Counted from the first letter of the stretch, positions 35,617-45,545 are shown. The stretch is 64,000 bases of DNA from an uncultured bacterium (GCA_963822585.1 CAWGIE010000033.1:96001-160000); one strand, 5' to 3'. Program-made: numbers and translations. The notes: generated from the sequence alone by a model not told the origin.

Positions 35617-36666
35617 TCATCCACCAACCAGGATCTCATCCTTCTCGGCCGGCGCCTCGCCCACTTTCTTGATATTATCCCAGAGAGTGACCAAAACCGC
35701 CGGGTAGGTTTCTCTGTATTGAGTCACCTCGACCAGGCGTCCTTTCATCTCCAGAATATCGCCGTTGAAGAACTCCCCCCGCAGCGCGCCGTCATAGATA
35801 ATCAGGGGCAGCGGATCGGCCGGCGATCCTTCGATGGTCACCTCTTCCAGGGGCAGCAGAGGAGGCATGTAATTGGTGTGGGTATCGTCAGCCACTACCC
35901 CCCGGACGTCGACGCCGTCCCGGACGACTTCAACCCGGAAGTCCCTCAAAGGGGCGGTCTCCCATCGGTCGTAGGTGAAGAAGGGACAGATCAGGTAACC
36001 CTTTTCATACATCCGCATCGGCCACCAGCGGCCGAACTCGATCACCCGGTGTTCCGGAAGAAGCGAAAGACGCCGGATCGTCTGATAAACCCGCCGGTTC
36101 TCTTCGATCGTGCCCGGGATGACCAGATCGAGGTCGTCATCGCCTTCTTCGTAACGTCCGTAGGCCAGTGAACCGGTCAGTCCCAGGGTTTCCCAGGGGA
36201 CTTCCAGAGCCTCGGCCGCGACGCGGGTCCCGTCTTCAACCCAGGGGTAAAGCTGGATGCAGGCCCGAAGCGAATGGACCGGCTCGAAAAAACCGACAAA
36301 ATCGGAGAGAGAAAATTCCATCTCATACTCGACGAATACCGGTCGCGGCGCCGCGGGATCGAGCGAGGGATCGATCTCCCCGTGCATCTTGATCTGCTCC
36401 GGATGGCCGACGTAGATACACTCGTCCCCCACCATCTTTTTAGTGGTGCAGCCGTATTCCCGCCCGAAGATATCGATGCTCCCGCCTTTCCGGGGATAGT
36501 AAATGATCTTGCCGTACAGTCCGCCTTTCGGATGACAGTAACCTTCGGTGAAGACGAAACTTCCGTCGTTGCGCAGAAAATATAGCGAATCGGTTGCTCT
36601 CCCTCCATCCAGTTCGGAGAGAGGGCGGAGAAACCGCTCCATGATCTCATCGAATGTGTATTTCAT
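35617..36666 (-). CDS. Pol-beta-superfamily nucleotidyltransferase, COG1665-like (paralog B)
   Basis: LGLTGSLAYG...DDDLDLVI; EGYCHP; EFGRWWPMR; ICPFF. Confidence 0.75.
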   Translation of the reverse strand: MKYTFDEIMERFLRPLSELDGGRATDSLYFLRNDGSFVFTEGYCHPKGGLYGKIIYYPRKGGSIDIFGREYGCTTKKMVGDECIYVGHPEQIKMHGEIDPSLDPAAPRPVFVEYEMEFSLSDFVGFFEPVHSLRACIQLYPWVEDGTRVAAEALEVPWETLGLTGSLAYGRYEEGDDDLDLVIPGTIEENRRVYQTIRRLSLLPEHRVIEFGRWWPMRMYEKGYLICPFFTYDRWETAPLRDFRVEVVRDGVDVRGVVADDTHTNYMPPLLPLEEVTIEGSPADPLPLIIYDGALRGEFFNGDILEMKGRLVEVTQYRETYPAVLVTLWDNIKKVGEAPAEKDEILVGG

Positions 36667-36683
36667 GACAGACTTCCAACCCT

Positions 36684-37694
36684 TTACTCTTCTTTCTTGA
36701 TATTGTCCCGCAAATTAACCAGCAGAGCCTCATACTCGCGGGCAGCGGTCCGGACCAGGACCCGGCGGGCCGTGAACTCCAGGTAATCGCCGTTAAAAAA
36801 TTCGCCCCGGAGGGAACCATCGTAGATGATCAGGTCCAAATCCCGAGACCGTTTCCCGTTCAGGAGCAAATGCGAAAGAGTCATGATCGCGGGCATATAA
36901 ATGGTATGAGTGTCGTCGTCAACCATTCCCACCCCCTTCACGTCCTCTTCCAGTACGGTCATGGTGCAGTTTCTGAGCGGGATCTCTTCCTCGATACGGT
37001 AGTTGAAGAAGGAACAGATCATCATCTCCTCCCAGTAGAAACGGATCGGCCACCAGCGGCCGAATTCAAATACCCGGTTCCGGGGGTTGCGGGTCAGTTC
37101 CCTGATCTGCCGGAGAACGTTCTTGTTTTCGTCGATGCTGCCGTACCAGACCAGATCGATATCGTCATCCGGTTCTTCGAACTTGCCGTAGCAGGTGGAA
37201 CCGGTACAGCCCAGCCGATCGAGCGGGACATCGAGCCCCCGGCTGATGTCCCCAATCGACTTTCCGACGCAGGGATACATCTCCATCGCCACCCGGAGGG
37301 AGTGATGATGCTCGAAGACCCCTTTAAAATCGCTCAGGGGAAACTCGATGTGAAATTCCTCGTACACGGGACGGGGCGCCGTAAGATCGAGGCCGGGCGT
37401 GAGCTGGGACTGGAGCATCATCTGCTCGGGGTGCGGGATCAGGGTCAGTTCGCCGTCGATAATCCGCTTATAACTGCTCCTGAACTTCCGGCCGAAAATA
37501 TCGGTGTCGCCGGCCGGATCGGGCGCCAGCATGACTTTTCCCATCAGACCGCCTTCCGGATGCATGTATCCTTCGGTAAATACGAAGGCTCCATCCTTGC
37601 GGAGAAAATAATACGCGTCCCCCACCCCCATCTTCAGGCTGGAGAGGGGCTGCAGAAAACGCCGGATTGTTTTTTCATAGAGATCGTTCATCAT
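36684..37694 (-). CDS. Pol-beta-superfamily nucleotidyltransferase, COG1665-like (paralog A)
   Basis: LGCTGSTCYG...DDDIDLVWYG; EGYMHP; EFGRWWPIR; ICSFF. Confidence 0.75.
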   Translation of the reverse strand: MMNDLYEKTIRRFLQPLSSLKMGVGDAYYFLRKDGAFVFTEGYMHPEGGLMGKVMLAPDPAGDTDIFGRKFRSSYKRIIDGELTLIPHPEQMMLQSQLTPGLDLTAPRPVYEEFHIEFPLSDFKGVFEHHHSLRVAMEMYPCVGKSIGDISRGLDVPLDRLGCTGSTCYGKFEEPDDDIDLVWYGSIDENKNVLRQIRELTRNPRNRVFEFGRWWPIRFYWEEMMICSFFNYRIEEEIPLRNCTMTVLEEDVKGVGMVDDDTHTIYMPAIMTLSHLLLNGKRSRDLDLIIYDGSLRGEFFNGDYLEFTARRVLVRTAAREYEALLVNLRDNIKKEE

Positions 37695-37894
37695 ACTTCC
37701 TTGCGGTTATTCCCTGCGCGGAGGGCGGAATTGGACCGACACGGTCATAAATTAGCGGGTTTTCATTATTTATCGTAGTTCAGATTGATAATAACCGTGG
37801 ATTTAGCTCGTGACCAACAGTTCACCTCCATAACGGAATGTTCAGAGTCACATGAAGCACAAACAAACGCATGTTGTTTGAGTTGTTTTTTCGA

Positions 37895-37948
37895 CTGTTT
37901 CGGGAGTTCAATAATCGGATTTTTCCGATTATTGGAATTCCGAAACAG
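37895..37948. repeat. 25-bp-arm imperfect inverted repeat, twin of 34220-34265
   Basis: CTGTTTCGGGAGTTCAATAATCGGA-TTTT-TCCGATTATTGGAATTCCGAAACAG. Confidence 0.9.
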
Positions 37949-37989
37949 GGAGCGAAACGAAGGCAACTCCGTACAGAAAAAGGCCCGCC

Positions 37990-38018
37990 ACTATATTGAA
38001 TCGAAGAGACCCTGTCAA
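37990..38018 (-). promoter_or_regulatory. Sigma70-type promoter facing the nucleotidyltransferase triplet
   Basis: Minus strand TTGACA-N17-TATAGT. Confidence 0.7.
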
Positions 38019-38050
38019 ATACTAAATCAAAACAGAGATCGAAACCCAAT

Positions 38051-38080
38051 TTGACAAATCATCCTCTGAAATTGTAGTAT
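38051..38080 (+). promoter_or_regulatory. Divergent sigma70-type promoter for the hybrid kinase
   Basis: TTGACA-N18-TAGTAT, 40 nt before the ATG. Confidence 0.55.
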
Positions 38081-38120
38081 TGAAATCGAGTATTCTAAAA
38101 TTTTTCGGAGAAAAATTTTA

Positions 38121-39644
38121 ATGGCCACCATTCTGATCGCCGATGATCATCAGGATACCGTGAGGATGATCGAGCTTTTGATTAAAAGCTACACCGAGCA
38201 TACCACCATCACGGCCGCCAACGGGGCGGAGTGCATCGCCGCCGCGCCCCGGGCCAACCTCATCTTGATGGATATCCGGATGCCCGGCATCGACGGGATC
38301 CAGGCCTTCCGGACGCTTCGGGAAAATCCTGATACCGCTGAAATTCCTATTATATTCATGACGGCTTACCCCGACCAGGTCGCCGAGATCATCTCCGGCG
38401 ATAAGCTGGGAACCATCGACTATCTCCTCAAGCCGGTTTCAAAAGAACAACTGGTCAACCGCCTGAAAGTTCTTCTGGGGATCCGGGAGGCCCGGGTGCG
38501 ATTTAAAAAAACCAGGCTCTCCCCGTCGGAGCAGTTTATCCTGCTGCTGGCCGCCATGGAGCAATCCGCCGATGGCATCACCGTGACCGACCGGAACGGT
38601 TCCTGGCTGATGATCAACCATTCCCAGGCGAGCATGTTTGGATATACCAGCGACGAGTTCCTGGCTTTGAAGCCGTCCCGCCTTTACCGGCCGGAGAGCG
38701 CCCGGCGAATCGGGTCGATCATCAACAAGGAACTGGAACAGAATGATCACTGGGAGGGAGAACTGCAGGGAGTGAAAAAAAACGGGGATGTCTTCCCCCT
38801 CCTGGTCAGCCTGAGCGTGGTCAAGGATAACGCCGGATCATTCATCGGGATCATGGGTATTTCCAAGGACATCAGTGCACTGAGAAAAGCCTTCACCGAG
38901 CTGCAAAAAGCTCAGGAAGCCCTGATCCGCTCGGAGAGGATGAAAGCCCTGATGGAGATGATCCAGGGTCTGGCCCATGAGTTTAACAATCTCCTGGCCA
39001 GTATCCTCGGCAACACCCAACTCCTGATTGAAGACGTGGACGAAAATACCGCGCGCCGGCGGCTGGTGTCGATCGAGCGGGCGGCCACGACAGCCGCCGG
39101 GCTTCTGAAGAAGATGCAGGTTCTCCGGACAGGCGAAACCGGCAGCCGGAAGAACACAGCCGATATCCGTAACGTTTTGGAAGGCGCCCTGGCAATCGCC
39201 GAACCCCGATGGAGATCTTTGGCTGAAGAGAATGGCATTGCCATCACGGTGGAACCGCGGCTGCGCAGCACTCCTTTGGTCAACGGAACCGCGGAAGAGC
39301 TGAAAACCGCCGTTTTGAACGTCATCTTCAATGCCGTCGAATCGATGCCGGAAGGAGGCAGAATCAGCGTCCGAAACTGGAACAATGACCGGTTTGTTTA
39401 TATCCGGATTTCCGATAACGGTAGCGGGATGAGCGATGAAATCCGGGAAAAGGCCTTCGAGCCCTTCGTCACCACCCGCCGTCCGCTCCGGGCCGGGCTG
39501 GGCTTGAGTTCCACCTATGGCATTATCAAAAGACACGGCGGCACTATCCGTCTCCGGAGCCGGGAAGGACGAGGCACCAGCGTGACCATCAAACTGCCGA
39601 TTATCAAATCACTGGACACGGACAAATCTTCGGTTATAAAGTAA
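38121..39644 (+). CDS. Hybrid sensor kinase (REC-PAS-HisKA-HATPase)
   Basis: ILIADD, LMDIRMPGIDG, KP; PAS domain; GLAHEFNNLL; NAVESM, DNGSGM, FEPF.TT, GLGLS. Confidence 0.92.
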   Translation: MATILIADDHQDTVRMIELLIKSYTEHTTITAANGAECIAAAPRANLILMDIRMPGIDGIQAFRTLRENPDTAEIPIIFMTAYPDQVAEIISGDKLGTIDYLLKPVSKEQLVNRLKVLLGIREARVRFKKTRLSPSEQFILLLAAMEQSADGITVTDRNGSWLMINHSQASMFGYTSDEFLALKPSRLYRPESARRIGSIINKELEQNDHWEGELQGVKKNGDVFPLLVSLSVVKDNAGSFIGIMGISKDISALRKAFTELQKAQEALIRSERMKALMEMIQGLAHEFNNLLASILGNTQLLIEDVDENTARRRLVSIERAATTAAGLLKKMQVLRTGETGSRKNTADIRNVLEGALAIAEPRWRSLAEENGIAITVEPRLRSTPLVNGTAEELKTAVLNVIFNAVESMPEGGRISVRNWNNDRFVYIRISDNGSGMSDEIREKAFEPFVTTRRPLRAGLGLSSTYGIIKRHGGTIRLRSREGRGTSVTIKLPIIKSLDTDKSSVIK

Positions 39645-39885
39645 CGGACTAATTTACTGCTTCGGAATTTTCAGCCGGAGGCTGATGCGCCTCCGGTGCA
39701 CAATAATTTTATTTTTCCTTCGGAAAAATAAAAAATATATGTTTTGACCGACATTATATCTCGGTAATCAAGGTTAGGTATCAGCCGATGTGTAAAAGAA
39801 ATACTTTAATTTCATTGCCCCGGAGGAATCAATTTTGTCATTGTTCAAAACTTATAAATTTGCGAGCGCAGCGAGCTAATTTATA

Positions 39886-40620
39886 ATGACCAACCCATTT
39901 CTCCAATCGATCCAAGAATCGGGGTTCGTGGGACTGACTATCCTGATTCTTCTCTTCGCCGGGTCCATTTATTCATGGACGCTTATCCTCTATAAATACG
40001 TCCTTTTCCGCCAGGCACGGCGGTCCATTGATTCCTTCCTGAGAAAGTTTTCCGGTGTTAAGCAGGGAGCCTTTTCCCTCTCCTCAACCCACCTCGGCGG
40101 GGAGACCGATCCGGCATACGCCGTCTATAAAACCGGGTGCTCGGAATTGACCGCGGTGAACGAAAAATCAAATGCCACCCATCCCGGGGAGAGTGAAGAC
40201 TGGGAACGCCTGGCGGAAACCATGCAGAGAAGCGCCGACACCCAGACCCGCTTTCTGGAGAAAGGATTGATCTTTCTGGCCACCGCCGCCAGTACCGGCC
40301 CTTTGCTGGGCATCCTGGGGACTGTTTACGGCGTTCTGGTGGCTTTTCAGGGGATGGGCCGCTATGGCTCGGCCACCATCGACGCGGTTGCGCCGGGTAT
40401 TTCCGAGGCGCTGGTCACGACGGTCTTCGGGCTCATCGTCGCCATCCCGGCCCTGATCATGTACAACTATTTCAAACACTCCCTCAACGATCTTTCCTTT
40501 CAGCTGGACGTTTTTATTGCCGATTTCATCAACCGCGCCCGTGATCGGAACCCGGACAATGATTCTCCCCCTGGTAAATCAGCCGCCAAGGCACCAAGAC
40601 ACCAAGAAAAACCGGGATAA
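39886..40620 (+). CDS. tolQ: TolQ/ExbB proton channel
   Basis: GPLLGILGTVYG, VAPGISEALVTT.FGL.VAIPA; first gene of the tol-pal cluster. Confidence 0.88.
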   Translation: MTNPFLQSIQESGFVGLTILILLFAGSIYSWTLILYKYVLFRQARRSIDSFLRKFSGVKQGAFSLSSTHLGGETDPAYAVYKTGCSELTAVNEKSNATHPGESEDWERLAETMQRSADTQTRFLEKGLIFLATAASTGPLLGILGTVYGVLVAFQGMGRYGSATIDAVAPGISEALVTTVFGLIVAIPALIMYNYFKHSLNDLSFQLDVFIADFINRARDRNPDNDSPPGKSAAKAPRHQEKPG

Positions 40621-40839
40621 AAATCAAACGGCGAGGGTAACGATGCCCAGGCCACCCCAAAATAATATTTGTTCAACTTTCGGCCAACAGATTACCAATG
40701 CAACGAGTGTGAAATGTCAGATGAGGATAGGAAAGCCTTTTTCTCGTGTTGCATCAATGAAATCAATTTAATTTAAGCAACAGACCCCGATTGACTCAAT
40801 CGGGGTCCGAATAAAGTAGCGAGCGCAGCGAGCTAATTT

Positions 40840-41250
40840 ATGTACCGAAGACACAGAGATAAATCGGATGTCTTGAGCGAAGTCAACGTCCTTAATCTGG
40901 TTGACGTCATGCTGGTTATCCTGATCCTGTTTATCCTGGTCGCCCCGATCATGGAACACGGGATCGATGTCCGTCTTCCCGCCGCCTCTCCCTCCAAGAT
41001 CAACAGTTCGGAGCAGACCATGACGGTGAGCATCGCCCCCCCGGGGAAGATTTATCTGAACGACCAGCGGGTCACCCTCGATGAACTGCGGGGCCGGCTG
41101 GTGCAGGCCGCCGGGACCAATCCGGAGACACCCATCACGCTGCGGGCTGACGCCAAGATTCGTTACGAGGAGGTGATCAAGGTTCTCGACGAGATCAGAA
41201 ACAGCGGTCTGACCAGGATCGGAATCGCGACCCGTCCCTCCGCGGAATAG
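40840..41250 (+). CDS. tolR: TolR/ExbD
   Basis: EVNVLNLVDVMLVILILF, LRAD..IRY.EVI.VLD. Confidence 0.88.
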   Translation: MYRRHRDKSDVLSEVNVLNLVDVMLVILILFILVAPIMEHGIDVRLPAASPSKINSSEQTMTVSIAPPGKIYLNDQRVTLDELRGRLVQAAGTNPETPITLRADAKIRYEEVIKVLDEIRNSGLTRIGIATRPSAE

Positions 41251-41252
41251 CG

Positions 41253-41943
41253 ATGCTGCACAAAAAGACAACGTTATTTCTCTGGGTTCTGCTGGGCCAT
41301 CTCGTCATCCTCTGTCTCATTGTTCTCGTCGCCTCACCGTCCCGGAAGCAGTTCTATTCCAGCCCCATCACCTCGGTCGATCTGGTGGAACCGGTGGAGA
41401 TCAGCCCGGAAGCTGCTGAAGCCGAAGAACCCGTTATCGAGGAACCGCCGCCTCCGGAGCCGGAACCTGAGATCGAGACGGCTCCGGAACCGGCGACGGA
41501 ACCCCCTCCGAAAAAGATCATCAAACAGGTCGCGCCTCTCCGGGTCCCCAAAACCGACCTGAAAAAACGGCTGAAAGAACGTCTGGCGCAGGTCAAGAGT
41601 CCCGCTCCCGGACGGCCCGGGCAGAGCTCTTCCGTCAGCGCGTCCCGGGAGGACCGATTCCCCTATTCCTGGTACAACAACTTCATCCAGTCAAAGATGT
41701 ACAACCTCTGGAAACAGCCGCCCAAGTCCGCGGTCAAGGAAGAGACCGCGCCGGCGATTGTTTCTTTCCGGGTGTACCGGGACGGCCACATTGAAAATAT
41801 CCGCCTCCAGGAGTCCTCGGGGAGTTCCATCGTGGATGAATCAACCCTCCAGGCGGCCCGGATGGCCGATCCCCTCCCCCCTGCCCCAGGGCTTTCAGGA
41901 GGGATTTGAGGATTTTATCATTCTTTTCGAACTAACCGACTGA
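41253..41943 (+). CDS. tolA: TolA/TonB-family protein (frameshift near 41880)
   Basis: TM with conserved His, Pro/Glu-rich linker, TonB_C-like domain; ending LPQGFQEGFEDFIILFELTD in the alternate frame. Confidence 0.7.
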
Positions 41944-42129
41944 TTTTATTTCGCCCTGTCGGGCGACAAGGTGAAATAAAATCTTGAAAACAATCTCGGG
42001 CAGCGAACAAGACGCATACGATTTCTGAAGAATGTGATAGACCACCACCAATTTGGGATAATGTATTGCATAATCGGATCGAACTGATATGGTGGTGCTG
42101 AAAGAGATAATTCGACGGTGGCCGAAAAT

Positions 42130-43434
42130 ATGAAATACACACGATTATTTATTGCCGCGGTGCTGTTGTTTCCATTGATCGTCATTTCGGCGCGGGCGGA
42201 AACGCGGATCAAGGTCAGCAAGATGTACGCGCCCCAGATGACGCTGGCGGTGGTCGATTTCCAGGACCTGGGGGCGCCAGGAGGCCAGCGGGGATCGCAG
42301 ATGACCCGACTCCTCCGTGACGATCTTCTTATCACCGGCTTCTTCACCCCGGTCACCAACCGGCAGTTTGTCGCCGAGGCCGAGGCGGCGGACCGACAAA
42401 CGGGGAGAATTAATCTTCAGGAATGGAGTTCGATCGGCGCGGATGTCGTGGTCAAGGGAAACTTCCTTCTCGACGGCAACACCATAACCATCGAGTGCCG
42501 GGCGCTTCGGGTTTCGGAAGGACGGCAGGTTTACCTGAAAAAATACCGCGACACCGACGCCCACTGGCGAAAAATCATCCATACCATGGCCGATGAAATT
42601 GTCTTTGCCCTGACCGGGGAGAAGGGACTGGCCCGGACCGAGATCGCTTTTACGTCAACTCGGGACGGGGAGAAAAAAATATACACCATGGACGCCGGGG
42701 GGCATGATTGGCGGAGGATCAATTCCGGACGGGGGTTGGCCCTCTACCCCGACTGGACGCCGGACGGCCGAAGCCTGGCCTACACCAGCTACAGTTACGG
42801 ATTTCCCTGGGTTTTTCTCGACAACCTGGCCACCGGAAAACGGCGGGTCCTCTCCGCTCAACCCGGCCTCAACGCTTTTCCCGCTGTCTCCCCCGACGGG
42901 ATATGGGTCGCCCTGACCTTGAGCCGGGACGGCAATAACGAGATCTACAAGATGAGGATCGACGGTTCCGAGCTGACCCGCCTCACCCATACCCAGGCCA
43001 ATGACTGTTCCCCCGCCTGGTCGCCGGACGGGCGCAACATCGCCTTCACTTCCGACCGGCGGGGAACGCCCCAGATATACACCATGACCGCCGATGGAGG
43101 GCAGACACGGCGCGTAACCGTAACGGGAAGCTATAACACCTCCCCCGACTGGTCCCCCCGCGGGGATCTGATCGCCTTCACCTCCCGCATCAAGGGGCAC
43201 TTCGAGATCTGCACCATCAACGTGAGGACCGGGGAGGTGACTCAATTAACCCGTAACTGGGACGACGATGAAGACCCTTCATGGGCTCCCGACGGAAGAC
43301 ATCTGGTCTACAGTTCCCGGCACGGCGCCCGGACCAATCTCTTCGTCCTCGATATCGTCAACCCCCGGCCGATTCAGATCACCTCCGGTGAAGACTGTTA
43401 CAGCCCGGCCTGGGGACCCTATACCACCCGGTAG
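42130..43434 (+). CDS. tolB: TolB beta-propeller periplasmic protein
   Basis: TolB_N domain (IIHTMADEIV..LTG..G) plus PD40 repeats (PAWSPDG). Confidence 0.93.
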   Translation: MKYTRLFIAAVLLFPLIVISARAETRIKVSKMYAPQMTLAVVDFQDLGAPGGQRGSQMTRLLRDDLLITGFFTPVTNRQFVAEAEAADRQTGRINLQEWSSIGADVVVKGNFLLDGNTITIECRALRVSEGRQVYLKKYRDTDAHWRKIIHTMADEIVFALTGEKGLARTEIAFTSTRDGEKKIYTMDAGGHDWRRINSGRGLALYPDWTPDGRSLAYTSYSYGFPWVFLDNLATGKRRVLSAQPGLNAFPAVSPDGIWVALTLSRDGNNEIYKMRIDGSELTRLTHTQANDCSPAWSPDGRNIAFTSDRRGTPQIYTMTADGGQTRRVTVTGSYNTSPDWSPRGDLIAFTSRIKGHFEICTINVRTGEVTQLTRNWDDDEDPSWAPDGRHLVYSSRHGARTNLFVLDIVNPRPIQITSGEDCYSPAWGPYTTR

Positions 43435-43621
43435 CCGTTCTCTCTCGTCATCCCGAAAAAATTTTCTTGCCGGAATAAAAGTAATCATATATATACATTA
43501 ACTCACTCCGTTTGCTGCTGTGTGCGGCGCAGAAAGCAACTTTCTTAAAGAAACGATCGTCGGTCCGGCTGGAGACGGACTGCGGACACGTAACGTTGAA
43601 ACCAACAAGGAGTACCTGTTT

Positions 43622-44188
43622 ATGTCTATGAAAGCAACTGTCGTGGCATTGATCATTCTCCCGGTTCTGGCCGGCCTGACGGGATGTTCCTCAACACCCG
43701 AGCCGACCGCGACCCCGGAGGAACAGATGGCGGCCCTGGAGGGGATGGACCTCCCTCTGGCCCCGCTGAACATGGACGCGGCTTTTGGAGAACCCCGTCC
43801 GGATGACGCCCTGATTCTTCAGGAAATCCATTTCGACTTCGACAAATCCGAGATCAAAGATTCCGAAAAGCCGGTGCTGGAAGGAATCAACACCTGGCTC
43901 CTTAATCATCCCGGAGCAATCCTGATGGTTGAGGGATACTGCGACGATCGGGGCACTCTGGAGTACAATCTCGCCCTGGGGGAACGCCGGGCGCTGGGCA
44001 TTCGCACGTATTTGACCGGTCTGGGGACAAACCCGGAACGAATTCATACCATCAGTTACGGAGAAGATAAGCCTCTCTGTACGGAGAGCACGGAAGAGTG
44101 CTGGGGCCAAAACCGGAGGGGGCATTTTCTGGTCGATTACGGTGACACTGGCGGGGGAGAGACCATCGCCGCCGGGCCGTTGCAATAA
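43622..44188 (+). CDS. pal: Peptidoglycan-associated lipoprotein (copy 1)
   Basis: Lipobox LTGC; IHFDFDKS, EGYCDDRGT.EYNLALGERRA, ISYGE, NRR; RBS AAGGAG. Confidence 0.9.
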   Translation: MSMKATVVALIILPVLAGLTGCSSTPEPTATPEEQMAALEGMDLPLAPLNMDAAFGEPRPDDALILQEIHFDFDKSEIKDSEKPVLEGINTWLLNHPGAILMVEGYCDDRGTLEYNLALGERRALGIRTYLTGLGTNPERIHTISYGEDKPLCTESTEECWGQNRRGHFLVDYGDTGGGETIAAGPLQ

Positions 44189-44247
44189 GCTATCATTAAT
44201 ATGATTGCCGCCGGGCGCGGTGATAAAAATATCAGGAGGGATTACAT

Positions 44248-44928
44248 GTGATGAAGAAAAAGATACTGTGGACGCTTGTTCCCGTCGGCCTGCTGACGGT
44301 GATCGCATTGGCCGGGTGTTCCTCAACCCCCGAACCCACCGCGACACCTGAGCAGCAGATGGCGGCAATGGACGGCTGGGATATTCCCCTGGAACCGATG
44401 ACGGAAGGGATTGCCTTCACCGAACCGACCGCGGAAGACGCCCTGGTGCTGCAGGACATCCACTTCGATTTCGACAAGTCGGACATCAAGGAGCCGGACA
44501 AAGCCATCCTGGACGGCGTTTCCGCCTGGATGCTGGAACGGCCGGAAGCCCGGCTCCAGATCGAAGGGCATTGCGACGACCGGGGGACCAAGGAGTACAA
44601 CCTGGCCCTGGGGGAACGGCGGGCGTTGGGCGTGCGCAGTTTCCTGACCGGCCTCACCGTCAACCCGGACCGGCTGTACACTATCAGCTACGGCGAGGAG
44701 AGGCCGCTCTGCGCGGAAGAGACCGAGGAGTGCTGGGCGAAGAACCGGCGGGCTCATTTCCTGGTCGCCTACGGCGGGACCCAGACCGCGGCGGTGCAAC
44801 CCCCGGCTCCCCAGGAGGCCGTCGTCGATATTGAAGAAACCTACGTGGTGGAAGAACCCGTCCCCGAGCCGCAGGAAGTCGGCGCCAGACCCAGCCGGGG
44901 AAGGGCGATCGACCGGTACCACCAGTAA
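44248..44928 (+). CDS. pal: Peptidoglycan-associated lipoprotein (copy 2, extended C-terminus)
   Basis: Lipobox LAGC; EGHCDDRGTKEYNLALGERRA; NRRAHF. Confidence 0.9.
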   Translation: MMKKKILWTLVPVGLLTVIALAGCSSTPEPTATPEQQMAAMDGWDIPLEPMTEGIAFTEPTAEDALVLQDIHFDFDKSDIKEPDKAILDGVSAWMLERPEARLQIEGHCDDRGTKEYNLALGERRALGVRSFLTGLTVNPDRLYTISYGEERPLCAEETEECWAKNRRAHFLVAYGGTQTAAVQPPAPQEAVVDIEETYVVEEPVPEPQEVGARPSRGRAIDRYHQ

Positions 44929-44984
44929 CATTTTTGCTCCGCAAAAATGTTAGTTGAATGATCGTTAATCGACAAGTAACCACG

Positions 44985-45545
44985 ATGCTAAAACGGCTGC
45001 TACTATCGGCTCTCTGCCTGAGCCTTCCCTTCTTCTTCCTGGCCGGTTGTCGCACCACTCGTCAGCAGCAGCAGGACACCCAGAGGCAGCAATGGGAAGA
45101 CTCCCTCGGCCGCCGGATCGTGGATATCGAGGCGCGGCTCTTCGATCTGGAGAACAGCCTGGCGGCGATCAAGCGGGGACAGGACACTCTCGACCTCCGG
45201 CTGGCCCGGATAGAGAACAGCTCGACCAGCGGCAGCGCCCAGCAGAAGGCCGAGATCGAGGCGCTCCGGCAGGAACTGCAATCCACCCGGGGAGCTACCG
45301 AGAAGAAGATCAGCATCATCCTCGATGAGGTGGCACAGGAGAACGAACGTATCCTGAAATCGATCCAATCTTCCCGGGGAGCCGGGGGTTACTCCCAGGG
45401 GTACGAGCACGTGGTCAAATCCGGGGAAACCATCTCCACCATCGCCCGTGATTACAAAGTCACGGTTGACGCCGTGGTCGCGGCCAACCAGCTGGCCAAC
45501 CCCGACGCCATCCGTGTCGGCCAGATTCTCTTCATCCCTCAATAA
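44985..45545 (+). CDS. Coiled-coil lipoprotein with C-terminal LysM
   Basis: LAGC lipobox, heptad region, HVVKSGETISTIARDYKVTVDAVVAANQL..PDAIRVGQILFIP. Confidence 0.85.
   Translation: MLKRLLLSALCLSLPFFFLAGCRTTRQQQQDTQRQQWEDSLGRRIVDIEARLFDLENSLAAIKRGQDTLDLRLARIENSSTSGSAQQKAEIEALRQELQSTRGATEKKISIILDEVAQENERILKSIQSSRGAGGYSQGYEHVVKSGETISTIARDYKVTVDAVVAANQLANPDAIRVGQILFIPQ

Noticed and set aside
34371..37694. CBASS CD-NTase, MNT-HEPN or AbiE toxin-antitoxin assignment
   Set aside because: No effector, HEPN or antitoxin neighbours; the NTase motif is central rather than N-terminal; composition is host-like.
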